The translations under genes and the position numbers were made by a program. This document shows, in pieces, positions 37,939 to 56,344 of a stretch of 64,000 nt of DNA. Numbering within the stretch: position 1 is the stretch's first letter; every line of letters starts with the position of its first letter. The notes under the pieces are model-generated. The model did not search any database and was not told where the DNA came from. It worked only from the letters and a program-made list of their open reading frames with translations. Source of the DNA: Eledone cirrhosa (Eukaryota); NCBI GenBank assembly GCA_964016885.1, contig OZ024747.1, positions 33,976,001-34,040,000 on the forward strand. Direction: 5' to 3'.

Positions 37939-40400
37939 CAAAGGTTCTCAACCAATTTCGGCCCTCGAAATCACAAAACTCCCCCCTACCCTATTTTTCC
38001 ATTTCTCAATATATTACTGATTTTGATATCAGTAGATTACTAAAAAATTGATTAGCGATATTCCAAAGATACCATTGCAGGCAGTTGAAAGTATAAATAC
38101 ATTCCTTGAAAGGAAGTATATAAATTTCAAAGAAAGTAACATAAATGTTCTTTTTTATGAATAAGGACCATTTGAATTTGTTATATTCCCACCAGACGAC
38201 ACCAACTACTCTGTCTATCCAGAGTGCACTTATAAGAATGCACTTATCTGGAAGAAAATGGCAATTGTATTATTTCAAAGCTTTCCAATTTTCCCTTTAA
38301 TAAAACGGACATAATAAATGTTGATATCTAACTTGATATCCCCTCGGCTTTGTGAGCTTAGAGATAAAGGGAGAGGGTTTTCATGACCACGTAAGAGGGT
38401 ATATTCATTAGTAAACGGTAAAATATATACGACAAATGAGTAAGTGAATTGTGGTAGATGGTTTCCAGTCCAGTCAGACTGCAATTACAAATAAAAAATC
38501 GACTTACTTTGACCTCGTTTCAATGGGACCCTTGAGCTTCATGTAGTTTAACTAACTCTTTGACGTCAGGCTGGATTTTCGTAAGATGTAGCCGGAGATC
38601 TCCACATGTAATTACATTGTAGCGGTTGCGAGCCTTACTATTCAGTCTGGAAACAGCGCCAAACCTCCTCTCGACTAAGTATGATCTATGAAAAAGAAAA
38701 GCAAATCTCTTAGCCTCTGCATGTAGGAGTGGAAATCGACGCTGAATTTCCTCTTGCATCCAAAAAAGGGTTCACCTATTTTGGAAAATTTAATTTTGAT
38801 AATGTCATCTGTCTGAAGTTCAATTAATTCTTCCTGAAATTTAACGTCCAAATCGGTGACGTTAGCTATGAAGTGATCTGCTATCCACATTAGGATGTCC
38901 ATCTACAAAAGGTCGACAAACCGTTATTTCATGTTGTCTTGTAGTGCACGGAATGTTTTGAACATTGACGACACTCGGAAAATTATAGAATTCCCGTCGA
39001 CAAAGATTCCTTTCGATGACTTTCAATTTGGCCAGGAATATTTTCACAGCATTCCTTGCTTTAAACAAGGTGATCTTCTCCCCTTGCAAAGCCATAATGA
39101 GGCTATTGCATTTGTCGAAGATGTCGGCGAGGTAGGCGCAGTCTTGCCTCACATCGAGGGTTTTCTTTACAGTTCTGTGTTGCGTCCTCGAAGAAACCCA
39201 ATGATAGAGTCGACCAGTTCAAAGAAGCGAGTAAGGCACTTGCACTTTGAAAGCCCCCTCACATCAGTATGAAGGAGCAACTCGACGAATTCTTCGTCAT
39301 TATCTTCGCACAGTTGCCGGTAAATTCGTCATTGAGTGAATGGCGTTTGATATAATTGATGAGACCAATGGCTACCTGCAAAGACTTGCTCAGCGGCTCG
39401 CTAGTTTCTTCGCAGCCAAATGTTGTCGATGAATGACACAATAAACAGCAAATACAGATGGATTTTCCCTCTTCAGAAGAGAGACGAAGCCCTTATGTTG
39501 GCCGACCATTGCTCTTGCGCCGTCCGTAGCACATGATACAATATTGTTAAGAGGTATCTCTTTTTCCTCGAGGTTTCCCTTGACAGATTCAAAGATCGTG
39601 GCACCTTTAATATCTGTGGCTAGATTCAGAGTGAAGAGTAGCTCCTGTGCATTTCATTTTTGGTGGAAAAATCGCACGTATCCCAGTAGTAAGGACTGAT
39701 TCCCGGAAAGTGTGCTTTCATCAAGTTGCAAAGCAAATTGTGTTGATTTCAAGATGTTGCATAATTTTTGTTCAACATTTTCCGTCATTTCGTCGATGCG
39801 TCTCATTGAGTCGTTACTCAACGGAATACATTTCAGGGTCTTTATCGGGTTCTGATGTAGAACTTCTGAGATGACAGGAGCTACCAATGTTTCACCCAAG
39901 GAATGGGGCTTGCCACACTTTGCGATTATGTTGGCAATATTGTAAGATGCAACAAGTCCATAAACATTTGAAGCTTCAACTTTTGAAAAGGCAGAAGAAA
40001 TTAGTGTTGTTTTCTGAAATTAGTCCCTAAGAGACTGAAAGTATGCTAAATCTTTATATCTTTTATCGGGGAGCCTCACCTCCAGGTGTCTACTCAAACG
40101 CGATGGCTTCATCGCCTCATTCGAAAATGACTCCTTGCAAATTAAACATATGGGTGACAGGTGGTTCGATGGCGATGGGATGAATCCGAACCGTAAGTAA
40201 TCAACGCTGTACTGCCTGCATTTTTTCTTCATTGCTGAGGCCTTTTTCTGTTTATCGAATGTGTTTGGTAAAATTACGCAAAGATTTGCCTATATAGCCT
40301 ATAAAATTATGTATAAGGAACTTACTATAATGAGTCCTGTTCCAGTATGATAAAGTTTCAAGTATTGTTCTGGAATAACACTTTGTAATAAACCCAACTG
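37939..40400 (-). mobile_element. hAT Buster/Charlie transposon with fragmented transposase (~38520-40232)
   Basis: KKCRQYSVDYLRFGF..CLIC..SNEAMKPSRL; FALQLDEST; AYLADIF; SYLVE..F..RN..GDLRL..QGSH; TIR caaaggttctcaacc after gtcTAggc. Confidence 0.88.
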
Positions 40401-40424
40401 CAATGAAAAACACAAATACTCGTT

Positions 40425-40606
40425 GAATTGGTAGTGTCAGTAGAGGGTCGGACACCATGATTTGACGCATAGAGTTACGGCCCTTGCCATTCTGAATTCA
40501 AATCCCGCCGAGGTTAACTTTGCCTTTCATCCTTACGGGGTCGATAAAATAAAGTACCAGTAATGTACTGGGTAATTGCTGGCCTTGTGCCAATAGTAGA
40601 CACAAT
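40425..40606 (+). mobile_element. Meta-like SINE
   Basis: Copy of 3449-3633. Confidence 0.85.
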
Positions 40607-41175
40607 TAATTAACCAAGTCGAGACAAGTTATATATGAAGATTAACCAGTCTTTCATGTAGGAATAGTAATAACTTAGCTTGAGGGAATTAAGGTGGCAG
40701 ACTCAATAAAGGATCAATGAGGCAACAAGTTCAATAGAACTTAATGTAAGAATGACTAGTAATGTGCTATTTTGAAATGGAATTCATCAATTAAGCACGT
40801 AGTGATAAGACGCGATAATACTAAGTTAAGACATTACTTATTCGTCAGAGTTACTCAAATCATCACCCTTACCTTAATGCATCACTGTGATATCCTTGTA
40901 ATGGTGCTGCAATTATAATGGATGACTGTTGAAGACTACAAAAGCACTTCCTTAAGCCCAAGGCTATAACAAGACTTGATCGTAGTATAAACAGTCAGTT
41001 TATATAGGAATAACAACAACCTAGTTATAGAATAAATGATGTGGAAATGCAATGAAGAGTAGATGGGGTCAAGCAAACCGAATGTTAGTAAGAATGAGCT
41101 GAAGTATCCAAGTCAAGCCGAACACGGTGATGAACGGGTCAGTGAATTCAATTGATAAATAATGTTGCTCTTTTC

Positions 41176-42590
41176 CAGGGGTCACGTTTGCCTTAGAAAT
41201 GTGAGGGGACAAACCAACATTTGTTGGAGCATTTTAGTATTACTTATGGTGTCTTTCCTGAACTCTATCACATAAGCAACAAATTTACGCTAATTAAATT
41301 TTATATATTCAAATGAAGTTCAGATATAAAAAAATAAGCTAAAAAAGTATTTATTATATCAAATAAACAAAAAATAAAACATAGACGTTTGAATAAAAAT
41401 CATCTAAAGTAAATTTATTGTCTTTTAGAACATATCTCGCATCATTGCTGTCAATAAATAATTTAGCAACTTCTTCACAACTAATCTTTTTCAAAAAATC
41501 TCTATGAACGTGGCATATTAGAATATGATTCAACCTTTGCTCAGTCATGGTCGATTGCAACCAAGTTTTGAGTCTCTGCAGAGCGCTACAAGATATTTCA
41601 GCTTCACAAGAACTGGTTGAAAACATTAAAAGTAGCCTGAGCAATCGCTCAACATTTAGAAACATGCGAAGGACTTCTGGTTGCATTTAACCGAATATTT
41701 TACGATGATCCTCGAGAGATGATCCATTATGATGCTTTCTATGAAAAAGTATTTCGTTCCTTAAAGAAAATTCACCAAGCTCTGGATAGTGCATGATCAC
41801 TTCAGCACAAAATTTCCATTGAGTAAAATATTGCTCAGTTTTTCATAATCTGCTAAATCCTGTGAAAAAAAATAATCTTTCAAATTTGATATTGCAGTAT
41901 CCACTACCTGCAAATACTGCACTCTGTAATGATCCAAAGCAGTGCAGTGTTGATATTTTAACGCATTTCCTTCCTGGTATCTTTTAGGAACTTTTCGTTG
42001 CCTGGGTAGCTCCAAAAGAGAAATATCGTGTTGATAAATCACTTTTTATGCTGTATTGAACAGCTCCTGAAATGTTTCTTCACTGCGTAGATTGTTTAGC
42101 TCCTCCTGCACCAGTTTGAGATTATACAACATGCCATCTAGATTGAAGGTGCTTCTTTGAAAAGATTTGTTCAATCCTTCAAGGAATTGAAGTAATGGAA
42201 CAACAAGGTGCAATCCATGAACATATTGGCCTGGAGAGTGACACGTAGGAATACATTAAGTCTGGATGCACTGTTGGTGCCAAACTCATTTGTTGCCTCT
42301 TGTAATGAAATAGGGACATCTGAATAATTGTCAAGAATGGCTTTGACTGCAGAAAGTCGTGTTAGCCATCGAGTAGGGCACACAGGTTTTAAGGAGCGTG
42401 GTGACAATACTTCATTTTCTTCATCATGTTGTGATAAATACACGTGCTTAAATTTCCTGATGTACTATATAGTTTCCGCAATTCATTCCCGTAATCTAGA
42501 ACATTTTTGATAAGTGAATCTTGTTGTACGGACTTAGCTAAAATAAGTTGAGAAATATGAATGCCGCAGTGCACGTAATGGGACAAATCA
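41176..42590 (-). mobile_element. hAT Tip100/ZMYM1-like transposase pseudogene with TIR
   Basis: YVHC..H; LKPVCPTRWLTR; LPRQRKVPKRY; SSCEAE.S.SALQRLKTWLQSTMTEQRLNH; caggggtc terminus. Confidence 0.85.
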
Positions 42591-43184
42591 AGTTATGTTA
42601 GAATCTTTAAAAAGATCTTTAAAAAATACCCGTACGAATTAAATACAACAAAAATTTCAATCCAAAACAAAAGAAAACTATTTCAAATTATATATTTTTG
42701 AAAAAATAGACGTGAATGTTCAGTCGAAGAAGCTTTTTTTAAATTCTATATTTCACTGTTAGCTGTTGTAATATTTTGATTGGATAAACAATTCTACAAT
42801 TCAAACAGTAAAGTCAAAATACAAAAGATGTAAAATATGAAGAGTCTTACCTTTCTTTGAAATCACAAACTCAGGGGAAAGATAGTACCTTGCAAATTAA
42901 AATACCTCGTAGCAAAATAAAATACTTAGCAACGAATGAATTGAGAAGCTTGGTGACAGTGAGAAAGTAGTATTTGTATCCCTTATATATATATATACAT
43001 AGATAGATACACAGACACACACACACATAGACGCATACGCACACACACAGACACACATATACATACACACACACACAAACTTGTGTGTGTGTGCCTTGGT
43101 TTGGGTACAGAAAGAATTTTGTCTAGAGTTTTTTATTTCCAGGTCAAAGGCCAGTGCTCTTTTCAACAACGCCAAATAACAACG

Positions 43185-43335
<151 letters not shown>

Positions 43336-43427
43336 AATGAAGAAAGAAAGAGGGAGGGACAGAGAGAGTAAGAAATGTGTGTGTGTTTGGTACACATCTA
43401 TCTATCTATCTATCTATCTATCTCCAA

Positions 43428-43833
43428 CAGAGGGCTCAAACATGCGGCCCGCGAACTACTTTTCTGTGACCCGTGGTAGAACCAATATTTCATATTGCAT
43501 TATAACTGGTGAAAATAAGGGGGTGAGCTGGTGTAATCGTTAGCACACATGGTGAAATGCTTAACGGTACTTGTTCCGTTTTTACGTTTGGTTGTTCAAA
43601 TTCCGCCGATCTCAACTTTGCCTTTCATCCTTTTGGGGTCTAAGATTTAAGTACCATTTGTGTATTCGGAGCGATGCAATCGACTGAACCATAAACCCCA
43701 AATTTCATGACTTGTTCCTATAGTAGAAATGATTATAACTGGTGAAAATCTTCACCCACCACCATCTTTGGCCCACTGTGCCTCTCCTCCAGGATGTAAT
43801 GGCCCTTTTGTGTCCTTGAGTTTGAGACCCCTC
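43428..43833. mobile_element. hAT MITE carrying a nested Meta-like SINE (43518-43731, +)
   Basis: TIRs cagagggctcaaac / gtttgagacccctc; SINE flanked by 18-bp TSD attataactggtgaaaat. Confidence 0.75.
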
Positions 43834-44181
43834 TTCTACACACACACATATATATATATTATACTTGTTTTCTGTCTCTGAACTACGCCCATGTAGGAGC
43901 TTTACCTCGGTAAGTTATGGGGACGTCAACAATCCAATAAATATTGGTGGGAGGGAAAGCACAAACGAGTCGTATATATGTATATATGTCTGTGACATAT
44001 ATACATATATACGACTCGCTTATTTTAGTTTCGGTCTATCGAATCCACTAACAGGTCTTTGGTCGGCCCGGGCAGTGCGACTGTCCCCGGAAATATGTCG
44101 TTGGCAAGCAAACTTCCTTGTACATACGTAAACGTATGTATGTAGATTTATATGTTTATATATAAATATGTATGTATGTAG

Positions 44182-46784
<2,603 letters not shown>

Positions 46785-46793
46785 TATGTAGAG

Positions 46794-46831
<38 letters not shown>

Positions 46832-48080
46832 CTACATACATACATATATATACATACATACATTTACGTATGTACATAACTATGCATTTATACATTTGTA
46901 TATATACATACATTTAAATTTAAGTATGTAAGGATGTTGATATGATCTATATGTTTTTTTTTTTTGGTAAGGAGAAACATTTTGTCTCCAGATTTTATTA
47001 CCTAGGGAGATTAAATACCACACCTCTGGCTGAAAGCTGACCGGGTTCTCAATCTCATCAAACACTAACGCCGGCCTGTGTGTGTATATATGTGTGTGTG
47101 TGCGTCTGTATGTATGTATGTATGCGTGTATGTTCACCACCATTGCTTCTTCTTGTCATTTCTGTTGAAGTAGTCCTTACTTTCATTCTCTTTGATTTCT
47201 TTGGATTTTCTTTTATTTCCCACGGGAATTCGTTGCCAAGCTTCTTTTATTTATTTTCTTCGTTTTTTTCACTCAAATCCATTCACACTGTCTGTCTAAG
47301 AGACGTACAAATATGACTTATAAAACTTACCAAACTAAAGGGGCTCTCTACGAGCCGAATTCTGACTCGAAAACATGTTTGAAACCAATCATATATAATG
47401 TGCTACAAAGTCTTTTTACAGCATACCTATCACATAAAAAATTACATGACCGTTGCATAAAAACAAAATAAATTTCTATGTAAATGTAATCATTTATGAG
47501 CATTCATTCTACATTTAAAATCGGTGTATAAAACGTCAAAAGCATAAACTACAGCATGGTAAAGATATTAAAAGAACAAGTTCCTAGTTGGAGAGATAGG
47601 AATTCACCATTTCTAATTGAGAGAATTAGCAGTGGATCCAAGAGATTCCAGCTCCGCCTTGCAAAGATTATATATCACGGTAGTCTCAACGTGCTGATAT
47701 GAGAATCGGCATCTCTAGAGAATTTCAGATATATGTGCTATATATTAGGATGTAAGCGAATTTATCCAGCGAAAATGGAACTTTTTCAAAAATAACATTT
47801 CGTTAATTTTACAAAGGAATTGCACAAATCTTGTTAGAAAACACTATTTATATCATAGTTAAATACATACATTTCCATCTCAAGAATACATACATAGAAA
47901 AATGCATCACCAATACCTTCAACACAGGATGAATTGACATTGATTTTCGATTGTTCAATATTTGTTTAATATCGGTATTATTAATATCAATAAATGAACT
48001 AGCAAACGCTGTAGAATAATAGAGGTGCACGGTTTGCGTTGGCGAGATAACTCTTCACTGAAGTAAAATGAGTAAACCAA

Positions 48081-48825
<745 letters not shown>

Positions 48826-48836
48826 TGTATATATAT

Positions 48837-48900
<64 letters not shown>

Positions 48901-49084
48901 TTTGTTTTGCAAAGTTTTTGATATGAAATCGTGTGTCGAAACAAATATTGTTATAATTGGGGAGGGTCGTATTGGTGTTATAATATTGCTAGAAATGATA
49001 ACAGAACACGCTCACTGTTTGGTAGGTTTTCGCTTCTGTATCTTTTATACCTTCATAGTTAATTTATGTGCCAATCAACTTAGC

Positions 49085-49779
49085 TAACCAATGGAGAAAG
49101 ACCATAAGAATGACCCACTTAAAGATTAAACTGGTAGAAAAGCCAGGAGCTACCATAAAATCCCTGATCAGCAAAACATAACTCTTTAAGAAAACCAACT
49201 CTACTAACAAGAAATGTGTTATATATAAAATGAACCCCCAGATAAACTGTAAAACTAGAAATGTAGTCTATAGCAAAGGATGTATAGAGGGTACTTGCAG
49301 AAACGTGACAACGACATACATAGGTGAGACAGCTCGAAGCATAAAAGAAAGAATAGATCAACACTGGGGGGAACTAAAAAGACAAAATAAAATGGTTCAA
49401 TACTATACGAACACGCCAGTGAAAGACATGAGGGTAATATTGACAACATAGAAATTAAAATAATATCTAAACATTGAAATGACTCAACAGGTAGGCAAAT
49501 CAGAGAAGCTACTGAGATAGAGCTTAGAAGACCGAAGTTGAACAGAAAAAACAAATGGAATAACAACAACAACCTTACCCAAACAAACAATACTGAATTA
49601 AGGGAAATATAAATAAATAAATAAATATATACACAAGTACAATAACAACAAACACATATAAACACACACTAGTTAACAAAGAATACAAAAACATAAACAC
49701 ATACACACAAACGCGAACACACTCACCAAATATTATACACACACGCAAACGCATGCGCAGAGACGGAGACAAGAAGACA

Positions 49780-49826
<47 letters not shown>

Positions 49827-49925
49827 AATAAAAATGGCGTAGACATTACAATACAATGGGAGGGAACATAATAATAGTACCACTGATGATGTTGCAGATG
49901 TGCAACGAAAGAACCTTGATAGACT
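49085..49925 (+). mobile_element. PLE 3' fragment (GIY-YIG) with pLTR
   Basis: INCKTRNVVY..C..C..YIGETARSIKERIDQH; RQIREA..I..P.LNRK. Confidence 0.8.
49878..49921 (+). ncRNA. Hammerhead ribozyme, cleavage-site U mutated
   Basis: tacca CTGATGA t GTTGCA-gatg-TGCAAC GAAA GAAC CT tgata. Confidence 0.6.
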
Positions 49926-50032
49926 ATATATATATATATATTCATATCTCAAAGCATGTATTGAGTTAGAAACTTAAAATTGTCTCATTACAGTAAATTA
50001 ACTCTAAGAAAAAAGCTTTTCCGAGCCGTATA

Positions 50033-50211
50033 TTATAACTGAACAAAAAAGAAAAACGAACACAGACATTTACATATATGTGTTCAAATCGTAATGGACC
50101 AGAATCGCTAAGGTGAAAAAAATACTAACTACATACAATAGGGTTTGCCAGACGATTTGAACACATATATGTAAATATCTGTTTTCATTTTTCGTTTCTG
50201 TTCAGTTATAA
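50033..50211. repeat. Fold-back (~60-bp arms)
   Basis: ttataactgaaca...gttcaaatcgt versus acgatttgaac...tgttcagttataa. Confidence 0.75.
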
Positions 50212-50391
50212 TTGTATATTTATATCTGTAATTTTAACCGTTGGTCAATCAATGATAAACATTAATTGCCAAATAAATTAACTATGGAGATATAAAAGAT
50301 ACAGAAGCGAAAACCTAACAAACAGTGAGTGTGTTCTGTTATTAATTCTGGCAATATCATAACAACAACATCACCCTCCCCAAGTAAAACA

Positions 50392-50511
<120 letters not shown>

Positions 50512-50555
50512 GTCGGTGCCTAGTGTATATATGTTACAGACACCCACATATACTA

Positions 50556-50586
<31 letters not shown>

Positions 50587-50600
50587 TATATATATATATG

Positions 50601-51372
50601 CTAGCTACAGTACCCGGTAATACCCGGAAAGATAGGATTATTCGCAGTTCCCAGAGTGCGCCTGAAAATGCTAGCAAACCTGGGTGCCCATACTGGATTA
50701 TCAATAGCAACCTTTGCTAGGTGTGTTTATGGAGAGATCAATTTTTTGTTTGGAGATATTAATAGCTGTTTAAGTCATAAGTCCTTCTTCCATCCAGCTT
50801 TCTTCGTTCATACTGAATAAACCAGGGAAGTTTGTTGAATAATTATCGAACTTATTCAAAAAACTATCCCGTTTTCCCTTATAGTAGACATAACCAGAGA
50901 AAACACACCATAATAAGTCGGATAAACAATCAGAAGTGTTGGCTCTAAAGAGGGCCTTGTAACGTTCACTGTTGCAAAGTATCAATAATGGGGGGAGAAG
51001 TTACAACATCTTAAATCGTGTTAAATACCGCACGATCCGACACCTCGAAATATCGGCAAATTAAACTCTACTCTCAAAGACGACATGTTACTATTAACAG
51101 CTTTTGCAATTTTAAAAGTTTTTGCATCATTTTGGAAGACTGAGTTGTGGTAAGAGGAAGGGAAGAAGTGGGAAGAGGACGGTTAGTAGTGGGAGGGAGG
51201 ATGTAACATATGAATATCCCCTCTTCTCCCTTTCTCACCGAAACGTCTTCTCTCTCCTCCTCCATTGAAAAGATGTCTCACTATCGATTCTTATTGAAAT
51301 CCAATTGGCCAGTCCTGTTTCTGAATATTAGCTTAACATGTGTGTAAAGTTTTATCAGGATCAGGATCAGAT
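50601..51372 (-). mobile_element. Non-autonomous Helitron, 5' end missing
   Basis: 3' ccgggtattaccggg...gCTAG; colinear with 33123-34270 with internal deletions. Confidence 0.7.
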
Positions 51373-51395
51373 ATACATATATATATATATATATA

Positions 51396-51434
<39 letters not shown>

Positions 51435-51458
51435 AAAAAAAAATATATATATATATAT

Positions 51459-51614
51459 ATAGGAACGAGTAGGACCCCGACGGCTGAGCTCAAGCCGTTT
51501 CGACGGAGCTCAGCCGTCGGGGTCCTACTCGTTCCTATTACCCACTCTACTACCTTAAGTATTGAGTACTTTGGTGCGTTATGGTCCACCTGGTTCCTTA
51601 CCACATTTCCTTCG

Positions 51615-51615
<1 letters not shown>
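51459..51615 (+). mobile_element. Family M fold-back mini-element, copy 1
   Basis: 33-bp perfect arms plus ~77-bp tail; in (TA)n. Confidence 0.8.
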
Positions 51616-51671
<56 letters not shown>

Positions 51672-51879
51672 GAAGTTATAAAATATATAATAAAATCTAG
51701 TTTCCATTTATTAATATATTGAATTATATATATATATACATACACACACACATACACAAATAAATATAAGCACATACACACATATATATAAACACATACA
51801 TATAAACAAACACACACATGTACATATACACACTCATATACACAGCCACTTTACTGAGAAACACAATATTAAAACATTT

Positions 51880-54400
51880 TCCTTCCCTTCTACAATTATT
51901 TTGTTTCTCTCTCTCAAAATATTACCCCTCTCTCACTAAAACTTATCTTTCTCACCCTCTTTACAAACATTCCTCACTCTCTCTCACTAGACCAACATCT
52001 CCCTCTCCAATTAAACCACAAAACTCCCTCCCCCTGTCTATATCCGACTACATATCTCACACTTTCAATCTCATAATCTCACTAAACGGTAAAACTAACT
52101 CCCTCTCTCTATATCCCACTACATACCCCATTCTCTCTCATTCTCATAATCCTCCCTACCTCATTAAACCTCAACATTTTTCGCTTCTCTCTATATATAT
52201 AGCACTACATACCTCACTCTCTATCATTTTCACAATTCACCCTCTTTCACTAAGCCACCAAACTCTCTGTCACCCTCTATAACCCACTACATAACTCACT
52301 CTCTCACAATTCAATCTCGCGCTAGAGCACCAAATTTTCTCCCTCTCTATATACCAGTACATACCTCACTCTTTATCACTCTCATGATTCTCACTCTTTC
52401 ACTATATCCCAACCTCTCTGCCCCTAACTATATCCCACTACGCGCTTCACTCACTATCACTTTTACAATTTCCACTCTCTCACTATACCACCAAACTCGC
52501 TGCCTCTCTCTATATCCCACTACATACCTCACTCTCTTTTACTCTCTTAATTCCTTCTCTCTCACAAAATAAACAAATTCTCTCCCGCTTCCTACATACC
52601 ACCAAGTACCTCATTCCCTCTCACCATTCCCTCTCTCTCATTAGAACACCAAACTCTCTCCCCCTCTCTATATACCACTACATACCTCACTCTCTCTCAT
52701 CCACTTAATTTCCTCTCTCTCATTAAACCAACAAACAAAGTCCCTCCCCTTCTCACTATACACCTACATACCTCACTCTCTCAATTCCCCCTCTCTCTCC
52801 ACATGACCAAATTCTCTCCTCCCTCTATATTCCACTACGTACCTCACTCTCTCTCACTCTCACAATACTCCCTCTCTCACCAGGCCAATAAACTCTCCCC
52901 CTTTCTCTGTAACCCACTACATACGACACTTTCTCTTACAATTCCCTCTCTTTCACTAGACCACCAAATTCTCTACCCCACTCTATATTCCACTTCATAC
53001 CGCACTCTCTTTTACTCTCTTAATTCCCTCCTCTCACTAAACCAACAAATCCTCTTCCGTTCTGTATAACCCACTACATACCTCACTCTCTCTCCCTCTC
53101 ATAATTCCCTCTCTCTCCCTAGACACCCAAATACTTTCCACCTTTCTTTATTCCACTATTTACTCACGCTCTTTCACCATCTTACGTCCCCCCTCTCACC
53201 AAACCAACAATGTTGTTTCCTGCTCTCTATATTGCCCTACATACAAAATACTCTCTCACAATGCCCCTCTCTCACTAGACCACCAAATTCTCTTGCCTTC
53301 TCTATATTCCAATACATACCTCATTCTCTCTCCTTTTCACAATAGCTCTCTATCACAAAACCAACAAATTCTCTCCCGCTCTCTATTATATCTCACTACA
53401 TAACTCGCACTCTCACAATTCCCCCTCTCTCACTAGACCACTCGTCAATCTCCCCCTCTATATCCTACTAAATACCTCACTCTCTCTCACAATTCCCCCT
53501 CTGTCACTAGACAACCACATTCTCTCCCTCTCTCTTTATATCACTACATATCTCACTCTCTATCACTTTCTTAATTTATCCTCTCTCATTAAACCAATAA
53601 ACTCTCTCTCGCCGTCTCTATCCTACTACACACCTCACATCCTACGATCCTACTATCACTCTCACAATTTTCCCTCTCTCATTAGACCACCAAATTCACT
53701 CCCCTTCCCTATATCTAACTACATACCTCACTCTATCTCTAACAATTCCTCCTCTCTCACTAAAACAACAATCTCTCCCCTACTCAATCTATACCAATAT
53801 ACACCCCACTCTCTCTCACAACTCCTCCTCTTTCACTAGACCAGAAAAGTCTCTCCCGCTCTCTCTATATTCCACTACATAGCTCACTCTCTTTCACTCT
53901 CTTAATTCCCACTCTCTCATTGGAACAACAAAAATCCACCCGGTCTCTATACCCAACAACATACCTAACCCTTGCTCACATTCCCCCTCTCTTACTAGAC
54001 CGTCGAATTTTCCCCACCTTTCTAAATTCCACTACGTAACCGACGCTCATTCTCACTCTCCGAATACCCCCTCTTCCACTAGGCCTATAAACTCCCCCTG
54101 TATATAACCCACTACATACCTCATGCTCACTTACAATTCCCCTTCTCTCACTAGACCACATAATTCTCTCCTCATCTCTATATTCTATTACACACCCTAC
54201 TCTCTCTCTCTCTAATTCTCATATTACCCCCTCTCTCATAGGCCAATAAACTATCTACCCCTCTCTATAAGCCACTACATACCTCACACTCTCTCACAAT
54301 TGCCCTATCACTAAACCAATAAATTCTCTTCCGCTCTCTATATACCTTACTCTCGCACAATTCCCTCTCTCACTAGATCACCAAATGCTCTCTCCTTCTC
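51880..54400. repeat. Degenerate pyrimidine-rich minisatellite, ~70-85-bp unit, roughly 30 copies
   Basis: Recurring cactacatacctcactctct...caattccc...ctagaccaccaaa or taaaccaacaaa...ctctatat. Confidence 0.85.
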
Positions 54401-54863
54401 TATACATTTAACTTTGAAACAACAAATATGTTCATCCTCTGTAAAGAACAACACATTTCTCCATTCCATTCCCATCTTTCGAACCTCTGGGGTGTCGGGG
54501 CGAATTATTTTTGGGGTGGTGTGCTTTTTTGTTGAATTATTTGACAGGACATTAAAATATGTGGTAATGGAGGGTGGTGGTGATGTGATAGTGTTGGTTG
54601 TAGTGTGATGGTGGTGGTAGTGTAGTGTTGTTGGTGGTGTTTGTTTATTTTGAATATATCTGTCTATCTATATGCTGCTAAAACTCTATGATTGTGCGGC
54701 ATAATAGGAAAATACTTTGAAAGGAAGTTAACCTTGAAATGGGAATACAAATGGAATAAAACAAGTTTCGTGTTAATCAGAGCACGGGTTTCCGAGATAC
54801 GGGGTCTTTCGGGGTACCTTCATAAATAGAGAGAGAGAGATATCTAACAATGAAAACCTAGTC

Positions 54864-54921
<58 letters not shown>

Positions 54922-56344
54922 AGCAATATCCGTAGGTGTGAAAAAGAAAAATATTGCTCAATCGGGAAATATTGTACTTATATTCATACAAGGAACAACA
55001 GTGCTACCTGAGGTTTCAAGGCCCAATATTGACCACACCTTTAGAATACAAGACGGATGAAATTTGAGACCTATTTTCAGGCGCTTATATGATTTTCTTA
55101 GATATTACAGTTTATATACATATATAACTATTTCCTTTTTATGTTATATATCATTGTTTTTTTTATTTTACTATATATTGCACAAACTCAGATACAGACA
55201 TTGAATCAATTATTTTTAGATTTGTCTTTATTTCTTTATTATCATATTTAATTCAAATTTTTATGAATATTTTAATTTTAAGTCTTATTTTTATTTCCAT
55301 AATTACCATAGTAATTCCTGTATTCCTTGTTCTACCATTCTCATTTATCATATAAACCCCTCCTCGAATTTTCATAATATATTTTCCAGCTGCTATATTA
55401 ATTGTTATAATAGCTGTTATTATATCTTCAAAATTTTAATTCTTTATTTCTTAATTCTAAAATATTAAATCCTTAACCATTAATTCGTACATCTTAATGT
55501 TAATTATTATGCTAGGTTTATCAGTAAAAGTTTAATTAGCTATTCTTATTCTCAAATTAACCTAATACAAATAAATCGGTGTAGAAAGACAGAAATTTAA
55601 AAAAATAATATTCAGAGTAACAGATAGAAATGTAGATGAACTGCACAACATAGCCAGATAAATGCATAGATATATACAGAAATAAGTTCAGATAGATATA
55701 GAGATATAGAGACATGGATTACATAAATATATAGAAACAGTAAAGGCGTCAACAGATAAGACTTGGGAGGACTTTGGGGTTAAGCTAGAATCCAAGTTCA
55801 GATCATCAAAGAAAGTATCCTGGCAAACCATCTGCCGAGCTGGTGGAGAAATTCAAGTGTCTGGGAGGCGTGTTTGCGAGTGGTGGAAGGCAAGAGACTG
55901 AATTAAGTGCAAGAATTGCAGGAAAGATTTTTAGCAGCAAGACCAACAGGCAGGAGCCCCAGGGATTGACATCAAGCAAGATGGAATAAACCAACGAACG
56001 AGTCACCAGCAGGTATCGTAATCTAATATATTAAACGGTAGAGGACAGGAAGAAATATACCGATATAAATACATCAGCTACGGAACTTAATAAAATTGCA
56101 CAAACAACACATTAAATGTAATCATACGAAGTAAATGCACATTCACTATAGAAGAAATGTAAACCATATCAAACAGCTCGTAAAAGAGAACACAGATTGC
56201 ATTATACCAAACTATAAATTAATACTGATAGCATAATACAGAAACACTAATGTTTAAAACTCTCTCATCAACAAGCAAGAGCAGCATGCAAACCTGTTAT
56301 GTGATCCATAAATTCGAGTAAGAATGTCAAATTCGGCAATTTTA

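Noticed and set aside
42851-42888. Possible 38-nt minus-strand micro-exon (YYLSPEFVISKK, kinase-like, donor AG|gtaaga)
   Set aside because: The acceptor (aag) is weak, no neighbouring kinase exons were found, and it is too short to support without RNA-seq
51880-54400. CRISPR-like repeat-spacer array, or coding ORFs 51818-53069
   Set aside because: The whole unit is repeated and degenerate, with no unique spacers and no cas genes; the ORFs are low-complexity
55080-55600. Very AT-rich tract as a possible NUMT
   Set aside because: No mitochondrial gene or tRNA motif recognised
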